From contig NC_086108.1 of NCBI RefSeq assembly GCF_963921235.1, forward strand, positions 45,510,001 to 45,574,000: a stretch of DNA of 64,000 nt, written 5' to 3'. Position numbers and translations under genes: made by a program. This document shows, piece after piece, positions 25,902 through 36,990 of this stretch (position 1 is the stretch's first letter; each line of letters starts with the position of its first letter). Under the pieces are notes generated by a model that saw only the letters and a program-made list of their open reading frames with translations, ran no database searches and was not told where the DNA came from. Source of the DNA: Mobula hypostoma. Its lineage: Eukaryota.

Positions 25902-26676
25902 AGAGATGTTTGCACTGCTTCATATGGTACATTACTTTACTCAGGTATCCTGAAAAGTCTCATCAACAAGTTACTGATTGTGCTTTTGCTATCCTCTTTT
26001 GCCTAAAGATTAGTAATCTCACATCTTACTTATAGGACGTTATATCCATCAGTTACATTATTTCACAATATAATAATATACATAAGAAAATGGAACACCT
26101 ACAAAAGTAAGCAATTCGCCTGAGTACAAAGAGTACAATTCGCCTGCTGAGAATCCTGTACCTTTAATTCTAAATTCCCAGAGAGAGAAAAAAAATGTCA
26201 CAATGTAGGGATTGGTTATGTCCCTCCCAGGGAGTGAATACACATTGATATGCTGGAATTCAACATTGTGACACCAACTATACCACCTACATAAGTCTGT
26301 TCCCATTTTAGTGATTCTAGACTCTGCATAAAATCATTTATCTTCCCACTTTACTTTGTCAAGTATTAGACTCGACTGAGAAGAATTGACACATTTTCCC
26401 AATTTCTGTGTTTTCCCAGAAAATTCTAACTGAGCAAGACTACGAAGTCTGCTCTGTCAAACCATGGGATTTTATCAACTAAGTATAGAAATTGTTCTAG
26501 TGACATTAAGTATAACACAAATATGGGGGGTGAGGGTGCGGTGTGGGCATTGTAGATTCTCATTACGTGATTATGATTTTGTGTGTGCTTACTGTGCATG
26601 ACTATTGGTAATGTGTCTTTGTACCTTGACGCTGTAGTAATGCTGACTCATTTGCCTGTATTTATGTTAAATGACA

Positions 26677-27449
26677 TGTTATCTGTCTTGTGAGTATCTC
26701 CTGAGCATGATGTAATTATCTTGTGAGCATGATGTAATTATCTTGTGATGGGCATGATGTAATTGTCTCATGATAGCAGGATGATGTGATGTCATGTGAT
26801 GGCATGTTCCAACCGGTATAAAGGGGAAACCATAGTCTGTTGCGTAGGTGTTTTGTTGGGGAGTCACAGTTGGTGGTTACGCAATTGCAAAAGGAGAAAG
26901 AGAGAGAGAAAGAAAGAGTGAAGTTTGCGGGCTTTGAACAATCCCTATGGATTGGTGTTAATCAGAGGCATTCAGCGCATTTCGGGGGTGACTGACGCTT
27001 GGCACAATCCATACGTGGCACGCAATTTTGTTAACCCTTACATGGTTTGAGTGTTGTGTGGTCACCACTTCGGCGAAAGGTCAGTTACTTTGAGAAAACT
27101 CACTCTTTGTAGTCTCTTCGGAAAAAGGTATTTCTTGGCTGGAATCTGCGTCTGCAGTTTCGTCTATGCTTCAGGAATTGATCGCTGGTTCAAGAAATCT
27201 CTCCCCTCACTTATTTCATAAATCATATGGACTTATTAAATTACCACCTTAAGACTGTGCTTAAGTAAGATCTGTTAAGAATTGTCTTTAAGTTCGACTG
27301 TTTGATAACCGACGCATAACACTATTAACTTCCGTTTAAGTTAGTTGTTTGTTTATTTTTTGATGTTTTAGAGTAGAGGCTAATAAATTTCATTGTTTAT
27401 TTATAAAAACCCAACTCAATTTCATATCTATTACTGCTGGTACATAACA
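26677..27449 (+). mobile_element. Solo LTR, 773 bp, nested in a LINE tail
   Basis: TGTTAT...ATAACA termini with a perfect 4-bp TSD GACA (26673-26676 and 27450-27453), TATAAA near 26817 and AATAAA near 27382. Confidence 0.88.
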
Positions 27450-27825
27450 GACAAGTAAACTTGAATTGAATGGAATTGAATTGTAGGAGTACCACATACA
27501 CAATATATATTTATACCCAGATTGTAAGCAAATAACAAACACATTCAAATTGTTCTACCTTGTGACAATATAACATTTTATGGACTTTGGGGGTCCTAGG
27601 ACTACATTTCTGTTTCCAAATAACTTACTACAAAACAAGTAAAGAGTACAGCATTCCTCAGGGGAAGCTACAGTATCTTTCTCCTCCTGGTAAGTCTTTT
27701 ACCATGCTATAACATAACACACATAATATAGAAACATAGAAACATAGAAAATAGGTGCAGGAGTAGGCCATTCGGCCCTTCGAGCCTGCACCGCCATTTA
27801 TTATGATCATGGCTGATCATCCAAC

Positions 27826-30762
27826 TCAGAACCCCGCCCCAGCCTTCCCTCCATACCCCCTGACCCCCGTAGCCACAAGGGCCATATCTAACTCCCTCTT
27901 AAATATAGCCAATGAACTGGCCTCAACTGTTTCCTGTGGCAGAGAATTCCACAGACTCACCACTCTCTGTATGAAGAAGTTTTTCCTAATCTCGGTCCTA
28001 AAAGGCTTCCCCTCTATCCTCAAACTGTGGCCCCTCGTTCTGGACTTCCCCAACATTGGGAACAATCTTCCTGCATCTAGCCTGTCCAATCCCTTTAGGA
28101 TCTTATACGTTTCAATCAGATCCCCCCTCAATCTTCTAAATTCCAACGAGTACAAGCCCAGTTCATCCAGTCTTTCTTCATATGAAAGTCCTGCCATCCC
28201 AGGAATCAATCTGGTGAACCTTCTTTGTACTCCCTCTATGGCAAAGATGTCTTTCCTCAGATTAGGGGACCAAAACTGCACACAATACTCCAGGTGTGGT
28301 CTCACCAAGGCCTTGTACAACTGCAGTAGTACCTCCCCGCTCCTGCACTCAAATCCTTTCGCTATAAATGCCAGCATACCATTCGCCTTTTTCACCGCCT
28401 GCTGTACCTGCATGCCCACTTTCAATGACTGGTGTATAATGACACCCAGGTCTCGTTGCACCTGCCCTTTTCCTAATAGGCCACCATTCAGATAATAATC
28501 TGTTTTCCTATTTTTGCCACCAAAGTGGATAACTTCACATTTATCCACATTAAATTGCATCTGCCATGAGTTTGCCCACTCACCCAACCTATCCAAGTCA
28601 CCCTGCATCCTCTTAGCATCCTCCTCACTGCTAACACTGCCGCCCAGCTTCGTGTCATCCGCAAACTTGGAGATGCTGCATTTAATTCCCTCATCCAAGT
28701 CATTAATATATATTGTAAACAACTGGGGTCCCAGCACTGAGCCTTGCGCTACCCCACTAGTCACCGCCTGCCATTCTGAAAAGGTCCCGTTTATTCCCAC
28801 TCTTTGCTTCCTGTCTGCTAACCAATTCTCCACCCACACCAATACCTTACCCCCAACACCGTGTGCTTTAAGTTTGCACACTAATCTCCTGTGTGGGACC
28901 TTGTCAAAAGCCTTTTGAAAATCCAAATATACCACATCCACTGGTTCTCCCCTATCCACTCTACTAGTTACATCCTCAAAAAATTCTATGAGATTCGTCA
29001 GACATGATTTTCCTTTCACAAATCCATGCTGACTTTGTCCGATCATTTCACCGCTTTCCAAATGTGCTGTTATCACATCCTTGATAACTGACTCCAGCAG
29101 TTTCCCCACCACCGACGTTAGGCTAACCGGTCTATAATTCCCCGGTTTCTCTCTCCCTCCTTTTTTAAAAAGCGGGGTTACATTAGCCACCCTCCAATCC
29201 TCAGGAACTAGTCCAGAATCTAAAGAGTTTTGAAAAATTATCACTAATGCATCCACTATTTCTTGGGCTACTTCCTTAAGCACTCTAGGATGCAGACTAT
29301 CTGGCCCTGGGGATTTATCTGCCTTCAATCCCTTCAATTTACCTAACACCACTTCCCTACTAACATGTATTTCGCTCAGTTCCTCCATCTCACCGGACCC
29401 TCTGTCCCTTACTATTTCTGGAAGATTATTTATGTCCTCCTTAGTGAAGACAGAACCGAAGTAATTATTCAATTGGTCTGCCATGTCCTTGCTCCCCACA
29501 ATCAATTCACCGGTTTCTGTCTGCAGGGGACCTACATTTGTCTTTACCAGTCTTTTCCTTTTTACATATCTATAAAAGCTTTTACAGTCCGTTTTTATGT
29601 TCCCTGCCAGTTTTCTCTCATAATCTTTTTTCCCCTTCCTAATTAAGCCCTTTGTCCTCCTCTGCTGAACTCTGAATTTCTCCCAGTCCTCAGGTGAGCC
29701 ACTTTCTCTGGCTAATTTGTATGCTTCTTCTTTGGAATTGATACTATCCCTAATTTCTCTTGTCAGCCACGGGTGCACTACCTTCCTTGATTTATTCTTT
29801 TGCCAAACTGGGATGAACAATTGTTGTAGTTCATCCATGCAACCTTTAAATGCTTGCCATTGCATATCCACCGTCAATCCTTTAAGTGTCATTTGCCAGT
29901 CTATCTTAGCCAATTCACGTCTCATACCTTCAAAGTTACTCCTCTTTAAGTTCAGAACCTTTGTTTCCGAATTAACTATGTCACTCTCCATCTTAATGAA
30001 GAATTCCACCATATTATGGTCACTCTTACCCAAGGGGCCTCTCACGACAAGATTGCTAATTAACTCTTCCTCATTGCTCAAAACCCAATCCAGAATAGCC
30101 TGTTCTCTAGTTGGTTCCTCGACATGTTGGTTCAAAAAACCATCCCGCATACATTCCAAGAAATCCTCTTCCTCAGCACCTTTACCAATTTGGTTCACCC
30201 AGTCTACATGTAGATTGAAGTCACCCATTATAACTGCTGTTCCTTTATTGCACACATTTCTAATTTCCTGTTTAATACCATCTCCCACCTCACTACTACT
30301 GTTAGGTGGCCTGTACACAACTCCCACCAGCGTCTTCTGCCCCTTAGTGTTACGCAGCTCTACCCATATCGATTCCACACCTTCCCGGCTTATGTCCTTC
30401 CTTTCTATTGCGTTAATCTCTTCTTTAACCAGCAACGCCACCCCACCTCCCCTTCCTTCATGTCTATCCCTCCTGAATATTGAATATCCCTGAACGTTGA
30501 GCTCCCATCCCTGGTCACCCTGGAGCCATGTCTCTGTGATCCCAACTATATCATAATCATTAATAACAATCTGCACTTTCAATTCATCCACCTTATTACG
30601 AATGCTCCTTGCATTGACACATAAAGCCTTCAGGCGCTCTTTTACAACTCTCTTAGCCCTTGTACAATTATGTTGAAAAGTTGCCCTTTTTAATGCTTGC
30701 CCTGGATTTGTCGGCCTGCCACTTTTACTTTTCTCCTTTGTACTTTTTGCTTCTACCCTCAC
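27826..30762 (-). CDS. CR1 ORF2, 978 aa, APE endonuclease plus reverse transcriptase
   Basis: Uninterrupted ORF with NARSI, GITETW, VYRPP, GDFN, SDH, YRPVSL, YLDFQKAFDKV, QGSVLGP and FADD motifs. Confidence 0.97.
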   Translation of the reverse strand: MRVEAKSTKEKSKSGRPTNPGQALKRATFQHNCTRAKRVVKERLKALCVNARSIRNKVDELKVQIVINDYDIVGITETWLQGDQGWELNVQGYSIFRRDRHEGRGGGVALLVKEEINAIERKDISREGVESIWVELRNTKGQKTLVGVVYRPPNSSSEVGDGIKQEIRNVCNKGTAVIMGDFNLHVDWVNQIGKGAEEEDFLECMRDGFLNQHVEEPTREQAILDWVLSNEEELISNLVVRGPLGKSDHNMVEFFIKMESDIVNSETKVLNLKRSNFEGMRRELAKIDWQMTLKGLTVDMQWQAFKGCMDELQQLFIPVWQKNKSRKVVHPWLTREIRDSINSKEEAYKLARESGSPEDWEKFRVQQRRTKGLIRKGKKDYERKLAGNIKTDCKSFYRYVKRKRLVKTNVGPLQTETGELIVGSKDMADQLNNYFGSVFTKEDINNLPEIVRDRGSGEMEELSEIHVSREVVLGKLKGLKADKSPGPDSLHPRVLKEVAQEIVDALVIIFQNSLDSGLVPEDWRVANVTPLFKKGGREKPGNYRPVSLTSVVGKLLESVIKDVITAHLESGEMIGQSQHGFVKGKSCLTNLIEFFEDVTSRVDRGEPVDVVYLDFQKAFDKVPHRRLVCKLKAHGVGGKVLVWVENWLADRKQRVGINGTFSEWQAVTSGVAQGSVLGPQLFTIYINDLDEGIKCSISKFADDTKLGGSVSSEEDAKRMQGDLDRLGEWANSWQMQFNVDKCEVIHFGGKNRKTDYYLNGGLLGKGQVQRDLGVIIHQSLKVGMQVQQAVKKANGMLAFIAKGFECRSGEVLLQLYKALVRPHLEYCVQFWSPNLRKDIFAIEGVQRRFTRLIPGMAGLSYEERLDELGLYSLEFRRLRGDLIETYKILKGLDRLDAGRLFPMLGKSRTRGHSLRIEGKPFRTEIRKNFFIQRVVSLWNSLPQETVEASSLAIFKRELDMALVATGVRGYGGKAGAGF

Positions 30763-30864
30763 TTTACACCCCTCTGTCTCTCTGCACTGGTTCCCATCCC
30801 TCTGTTGTGAACTAACCTCCTCATGCCTAGCCTCTTTAATTTGACTCCCACCCCCGCAACCATT

Positions 30865-31299
30865 CTAGTTTAAAGTCACCTCAGTAGCCCCCGCTAATCT
30901 CCCTGCCAGGATATTGGTCCCCCTAGGATTCAAGTGTAACCCGTCCTTTTTGTACAGGTCACGCCTGCGCCAAAAGAGGTCCCAATGATCCAAAAACTTG
31001 AATCCCTGCCCCCTGGTCCAATCCCTCAGCCACGCATTTATCCTCCACCTCATCGCATTCCTACTCTCACTGTCGCGTGGCACAGGCAGTAATCCCGAGA
31101 TTACTACCTTTGCGGTCCTTTTTCTCAACTCCCTTCCTAGCTCCCTATATTCTCCTTTCAGGACCTCATCCCTTTTCCTACCTATGTCATTGGTACCTAT
31201 ATGTACCTCGACCTCTGGCTCCTCACCCTCCCACTTCAGGATATCTTGGACACGATCAGAAATATCCCGGACCCTGGCACCAGGGAGGCAAACTACCAT
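30865..31299 (-). CDS. CR1 ORF1 C-terminal SGNH esterase-like domain, 5'-truncated
   Basis: CLPGA, HIGTND and DGLHLN..G motifs directly upstream of ORF2. Confidence 0.9.
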   Translation of the reverse strand: MVVCLPGARVRDISDRVQDILKWEGEEPEVEVHIGTNDIGRKRDEVLKGEYRELGRELRKRTAKVVISGLLPVPRDSESRNAMRWRINAWLRDWTRGQGFKFLDHWDLFWRRRDLYKKDGLHLNPRGTNILAGRLAGATEVTLN

Positions 31300-31809
31300 C
31301 CGGATATAGTAAGATACATGGTGTTAAAAGTCAAAAGTGTAAATCATTATTATATAATGCCATCATTAGCAATAAATGACACATTTACAAAAGTACATTA
31401 TATAAAATCTAAGAATATACTGTATATAAAAAGTTTCCCATGTTAAAAAGTAAATATGGAACATCCAAAGAGGTAAGTGAAAAATAATGTTTGTCATTTC
31501 ATCTTTCTGTGGATTATGTTATTAAAGCAATTATTTACAACAGATGTATCCCAACTCCCCTACCCCTAAAATGAGGCGTGAAACTTGCTTACCCACACAC
31601 ACCAGTGATCAACACTAGGAAAAGGAGAGGAGCAAGGATAACATGATCAGGATTGTCCCTGCTTCTCACTTTTCCAGGGCTAGGATGAATCAGAAGAATA
31701 GGTAAACAGGCGAGAACAGGGCATGGGAAAACAAAGCAGTCATATGAGAGGTAACACGTGGTAGTGCAGATCAGGTATGGGAATTAACAACGACACAGGA
31801 GTGGAGCCA

Positions 31810-34800
31810 TCTGCACAGACCTCAACATTTCAGCAAAGAGAACACTACAAAAAATTAATTCCAATTGCTATGGGAATTGTCCATTGGAAAACTGAGAAAA
31901 AACATGTCACCCGATTTAAAGTAGCACAAATCCACCCGGAAACTATATTCGCTACTGCGGAAGCTAGGTTTATAACAGCTGGAAATGACTAAGCTATGGT
32001 TTCAGCTAAATATTAAGCCAGTCAAGGGCTTAGTCTGAATCTCCAAAGAAACCTTGTGAAAGGAGGTGCTTTTTTCATCTGACTGTAACTCTCATAATGC
32101 ATACAGTAATATTCTTTTAATAGGGTTTCTTCTAGCCATTGTCAGCAAACATCAAATCCTTCTGGAACATTCTTTGTTCTGCATCCATCGTGAATCATTC
32201 CTTAAAACTAGACTTGCATCTCCGTTTCGCAGCATAGGTTAAATCATCAAATTACTCCAAGAGTCATTTCCCTCTTAAACCTTAGAAAGTAGGTGATACT
32301 CTGATGACAGTGTGTCTGAACAGCTTTCGTCATCAGAAATTTCTGCCTTCTGAGTGAACCAAAGGGTCACATCAGTGCTATTATGAGAGTGTGCATGACT
32401 GTTCAAGTAATTTTACACTAATATTTTAAAAATCATCAAAACTTTTAGGGCTGAATCATGTTTTTCTTCTGCCTATTGATGGTAACACCATGTAACTGAA
32501 TATACAGCAATAATTCAAGGCTTTCTGTGTATGTAACATTGTCTACTTAGGAAGTAATGTTACTATATCTGTGTAAGCCCAAAATTTAGCATTACCAATT
32601 GGTCTCTGACTAAAATATGTCATAGACATGTGTCCCCGTTTTCCAAGTTATAGCACGTCTATTTGAAATATAATTGAATTCATAAGGACACCAATAATTC
32701 TGGATAGTTACAATTTTCATTCTAAGGTATTATTTGCACCACAGCACGAACCATTCACAACTGTTTCATTAAATGAGATAGGAAATCTGGGTAGATACAA
32801 TAGGCTATGGGACGAAAATCTCTAAAAAGGTTATTGGACTTATCGGTTTCAGTTGACCAAGAAGGAAAACATTTTTATTTCATCTTACATTCTGCTTCAG
32901 TGCATCTTTTCATTTTATCTTCCCATGCAGAAACCCGGATCAAGGGCTTCAATGAACCATCTGGAACATAACCCAGAAGGGCAGAAAATTGCCCTGCTAC
33001 ATTGATGTGTAACAATGAAGGAAAAAAGTTGCCATAATTGAGAAAAATGGAGACATCTAAAATCTTCATAGCAAGTATGTTCATATACTTGTAGGTGATA
33101 AAGGGAGAGTGCAATGAGATATATGTCTAAAGTAGAAATCTGCATTAAAAAAAATGGGTTTTCACAATGTTCCAGCCCTAACGGTTTCAATGTCATGTTT
33201 CCATGTGTGGGATCATTCAATGACATAGCAGTGTCTATACATTTCTTCAAGTGTAGTGGGATCCATGTCAAGAAATTCTTCTATCGGTTTATCAGTATCT
33301 GAGCTGGAATCTTTCAGTTTGTTAGGGCAGCAGTCCCCAACCACCGGGCCGTGGACCGGTACCGGGCTGCAAAGCATGTGCTACTGGGCCGTGAGGAAAC
33401 GATATGAGTCAGCTGCACCCGTCACACCCACTGTTGAGCCATTACGCACGCGAGGTCATTACCCGCGCGTCATCCATGTCAGCGCGGGAAGGAGATCAAC
33501 TCCTTAAGCTTGCAAATGACGGCAGGCTGAAAGGTATGTTTGACATAACATCTCTGCCGGCATTCTGGATCAAAGTCAAGGCTAAATATCCTGAGATAGC
33601 TGTGAAAGCACTGAAAACGTTGCTTCCATTTCCAACATTTTTCTGTGAAGCGGAGTTTTCTGCAATGAATGCAAGGAAAACTAAATTGCGGAATAGACTG
33701 GACATAAGGAACCCCATTCGAGTATCGCTGTCTCCCCTCACCCCTCGATAGGACCGTCTTGTTGCAGGAAAACAAGCCCAGAGCTCCCACTGATTCAGTG
33801 ATATTGATGTGTTGCAATGATTTTATATGTTCATACGGGGAAAATATGTTCTGTGTGTTTAATATCCAAACGTTACTTAAAATGTTATGATGCTATTTAC
33901 TTATAAGTGACTTATATAACCATATAACAATTACAGCATGGAAACAGGCCATCTCTGCCCTTCTAGACCATGCCGAATGCTACTCTCACCTAGTCTCACC
34001 GACCTGCACTCAGCCCATAACCCTCCATTCCTTTCCTGTCCATATACTTATCCAATGTTTCTTTAAATGATAATATCGAACTTGCCTCTGCCACTTCTGC
34101 TAAAAGTTCATTCAACACTTACTTCAAGCTCCCCTGTCCTCGCCTGATAATTGACTTATCACTATATTCATACGAGGAAAATATGCGTTGTGTGTTTAAT
34201 ATTAAATTTGTTAGATAAACCCTTCTGGAAATGAAATTGAGTGTATTAGCTACTTATCACCTATATTCCGGTTGTGATTAACACACACCCCACCCGAACA
34301 GAATCGCCAAAAACGATTTGCAGAAAAAAAAATCGGCAGGTACACGCATGCACACTGGTGCCCGCGCAAGGCTTCAGGGTCATTGTAGTCTTTCTCGGGG
34401 TAAACACAACGTATTTGACTGCTACTCTTGTCCGTTGGCAACCCTACCCCCCCCATCTCCCCCCCACCGGGTCGGCTGGTCCGCAAGAATATTGTCAATA
34501 TTAAACCGGTCCGCAGTGCAATAAAGGTTGGGGACCCCTGTGTTAGGGTGTTATTGATAATTTCTGCTAGTGGTTCTTTGCCTTCCCTTGCACCTACAGT
34601 ATGTTCATTTCATCTGTAATGCAGTCAGAGTGTATGTTCGAGGCAAGGATTAAAGTTTCCAGTGAATTAGTTCCCATATCACCAAGAGGTAAGGGCCATT
34701 TAATGATATTTAAAATAGAATCATCGTAGCTCACGATCCCCTTAAACCAATATTCACTAAGTCATTAAGTTTTATGGGTGTCCAAGCACTAATATTAAAA

Positions 34801-34880
34801 GTAAAAAAACTGGAAAAACAACATTTCTTTTTGGAATTTGAGTTTGTCTTAGTCTAAAAACAACACATTTTGAATATGTT
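31810..34880 (-). pseudogene. env: Endogenous foamy virus env D (end of leader, SU, furin site, TM with internal deletion, membrane anchor), interrupted by a hAT
   Basis: Collinear with PFV Env: PVF-TFNIS (PVIDWNVT), KEPLAEIINNTL (KKLLTEMVNEEM), EMYRHCYVI (QEFANCYLV), YGNFFPSLLHINV/SRAIFCPSGLCSRWF (LGSFYIPSSLRQINVSHVLFCSDQLYSKWY), SNNLFRDFRPIAYCIYP..ISFNET (KNALFREINVLDICSKP..ILLNTS), RFKR at 32282-32271, and DWL-YLAETIA*SFPAVINLASAVANIVSG...TIPIAIGI (AWIQQLAAATKDVWPAAASALQGIGNFLSG...KPILIGV). Confidence 0.85.
33328..34540 (+). mobile_element. Internally deleted hAT (Charlie-like) transposon inserted in env
   Basis: TIRs CAGCAGTCCCCAACC and GGTTGGGGACCCCTG, perfect 8-bp TSD TGTTAGGG (33320-33327 and 34541-34548), dimerisation-domain remnant FWIKVKAKYPEIA..ALKTLLPFPT..CE..FS. 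Confidence 0.93.
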
Positions 34881-35145
34881 ATCCCTGGTGAATCTGTGGA
34901 ATTCATTGACACATTTGGCTGTGGAGGCCAAGTCACTTGGTATATTTAAGGCAGAGGTTGACAGATTCTTGATTCGTCAGGGCACAAAGAGATACGGGAA
35001 GAAGGCAGGAGATTGAGCATGAGAGGGAAATGGATCAGCCATGATGAAATGGGACAGCAGCCTCGAGCCAAATGGCCTAATTCTGCTCCAATGTCTTATG
35101 ATCCTATGGATCAATGAAGTCTTCCTAAAGTAAGCCAGGATATTT

Positions 35146-35308
35146 ATTGGAAGGTTTTATGCACTCAAGGAAGTTAGCTTCACAGCCTTGCAGCATCAGT
35201 GGTAGGTAGCTGAAGAACTATGTCACCAAAACGCTCCTTAACTGTTTGTGTTGAAAGGACATCAGAGGAAATATCATATGCATGTGAAGTCAACCAAATG
35301 ATGGAAAA
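35146..35308 (+). mobile_element. Second, inverted fragment of the foamy U3
   Basis: Aligns to the reverse complement of 24841-24901 plus about 23828-23923, with roughly 24 mismatches in about 157 nt by hand count. It lacks the Rex insertion. Confidence 0.88.
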
Positions 35309-35319
35309 GTGATATCACC

Positions 35320-35625
35320 TAATGAAAACCTGCACACCATGTGTGGAATAGCCCTTAATCAGCACCCTATACATGAATCAATGCAGGCTGTGAACGAGAC
35401 CCTGCACACCCACATGGTGGTAACACGATTGTCGGTCATTCTTGCACAAGGATCCAGCACAGGGTCCTCCCCTTTTCTCTCTAAGGTAAATATAGAGTCT
35501 GCAGGATTCATTCAGACTCTACAAGGAATCCCAGATGTTTGTGCGTATGTTGATGAGGAATACTGTACAGCCAGCATGCTGGATGAGCATTTAACACAAA
35601 CTGAGACTGTCATTAAGAGAGTGAG
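35320..35625 (+). pseudogene. Decayed LTR-class reverse transcriptase fragment (spuma-like or Gypsy)
   Basis: HPIHES...LAQG...LQGIPDVCAYVDEEYCT...DEHL...ETVIKRV; the YVDD motif has become YVDE. Confidence 0.7.
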
Positions 35626-36399
35626 CAGCAGCAGTAGTGACCGGCTTTGTGGCTGTGAACTCACTTATTGAAATTTAGTTTTGAATGTTATTTGCTTACT
35701 TTTATTTTTTGCACAGTATGTTTTGCAAATTGGGTATTCAACGGTCTCCTTTTTTAATGGGTTCAGTTGGGTATCTTTGGCTGCTGTTAGGAGACAAATC
35801 TCAAGATTATACATAGTATACATACTTTGATAATAAATGTACTTTGAACTTTGAATTTTGTTTCGACTTAATTATCTGGTCATTTGATTACTTGTGCTAC
35901 CATGCTTGATGAATCATTTGGTTGATACCAGTTTAGTGAGTAACCGTTTGGTTAAGGATGCAGCTACTGAAACTCCAGACGGCAAGAGTTAAGCAGGCAG
36001 CCAAAATGTTTGGGTTCCATAGATTTTGCTCCGTTCAGTTCTCTCAGTTGTTACTTTTGGCACTTTGAGTGGACTGAATTAATTGTAGACTGACTTCTTT
36101 AATGGAGGCCCAGATGGTGGATAAAATTGCAAAGTGCTTCACTTCTTTCTTTGGCAATCACATCACAGAGAATGAGGATATCTTTGGTCTTGTCTTCATG
36201 GCAGCTGTTTATTTATCCTCCATCATTTCCAACTGGATGTGGCAGGGCTACAGAGCAGTGATATGATCTGCTAATTGTGAATTTGCTTAGTTATGCTTAC
36301 AGCCTTCAGTTCTCACAAGTGTAATTCCTTCTGTGACTCCATCACGTTGGCGCCTCAGCTTCAGTTACACCTAAACTCAATAAACACCAATTAGCAGAG

Positions 36400-36990
36400 A
36401 GAAGCTGTTGGGCATCTTGAAGTGCGTTAAGGTGGATATATCCCCAGGGTCTGACCTAGTAAATTCTTGGACTTGACAGAAGCTGGGGAAGATTTTGCAG
36501 AAGCCCTTAAGAAATTTTTGCTTCATCTCTAGCCACTGGTGAGGTTCTGGAGTACTGGGGAGCGGCTAATATTGCAGCATTTTTTGAAGAGCTCTGCAAA
36601 ACATGCTACTAGCCAGAGAGTCTGACGTGGGTTTTGAGTAAGTTGCTGGAGGGGATTCTGAGGGACAGGATCTACCAATATTCAGAGAGACAATTTCTAA
36701 TCTGGGAGAGTCGGCACGGGTTTGTGCAGGGAAGTCATATCTCACAAATCTTTTGAAGTTCTTCGAAAGGTAATCACGAAGGCAGAGGAGGGTAGGGCAG
36801 CGGTCGTTGTTTACCTGAATCTTAGCAAGGTGTCTTACAAGAACCTAAAATGCGGGCTAGTCTGGAAGGTTAAATTGCATAGGAAAGGTCTAGGAAAAGG
36901 AAGTGGATTGGTTCATAGTTAGCCTAGTGATAAGAAGCAGAGGGTGGTGGGTGAAGGTTGCTTCTCAAGCTGGAGGCCTGTACCTCGTGG
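36400..36990 (+). mobile_element. Decayed CR1 RT fragment ending in a minisatellite
   Basis: RHGFVQGSHISQI, VVYLNLSK and VGEGCFSSWRPVPRGVP. Confidence 0.75.

Larger units (their letters stand above)
27732..31303 (-). mobile_element. Young 5'-truncated CR1 LINE with intact ORF2 and the esterase part of ORF1
   Basis: ATATAG TSD at 27726-27731 and 31304-31309; (TTTCTATG)n 3' tail. Confidence 0.97.
26050..31319 (-). pseudogene. Decayed Ig-superfamily membrane protein gene in the proviral accessory region; pieces at 31304-31319, about 27485-27731 and about 26050-26525
   Basis: Removing the CR1 at its ATATAG duplication gives ACC-ATG MYLTILCVLCYSMVKDL (signal-peptide-like). Further pieces across frameshifts: LRNAVLFTCFV (B strand), CSVRIFWENT (C-strand Trp), SSLILDKVKWEDK*FY-CRV (26375-26320, E-F strand D-x-G-x-Y-x-C), EGHNQSLHCDI (next domain) and hydrophobic LLTFVGV/IFLCILLY. 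Confidence 0.55.

Noticed and set aside
27803..30493. Long plus-strand ORFs (230, 134 and 258 aa)
   Set aside because: Antisense shadows of CR1 ORF2.
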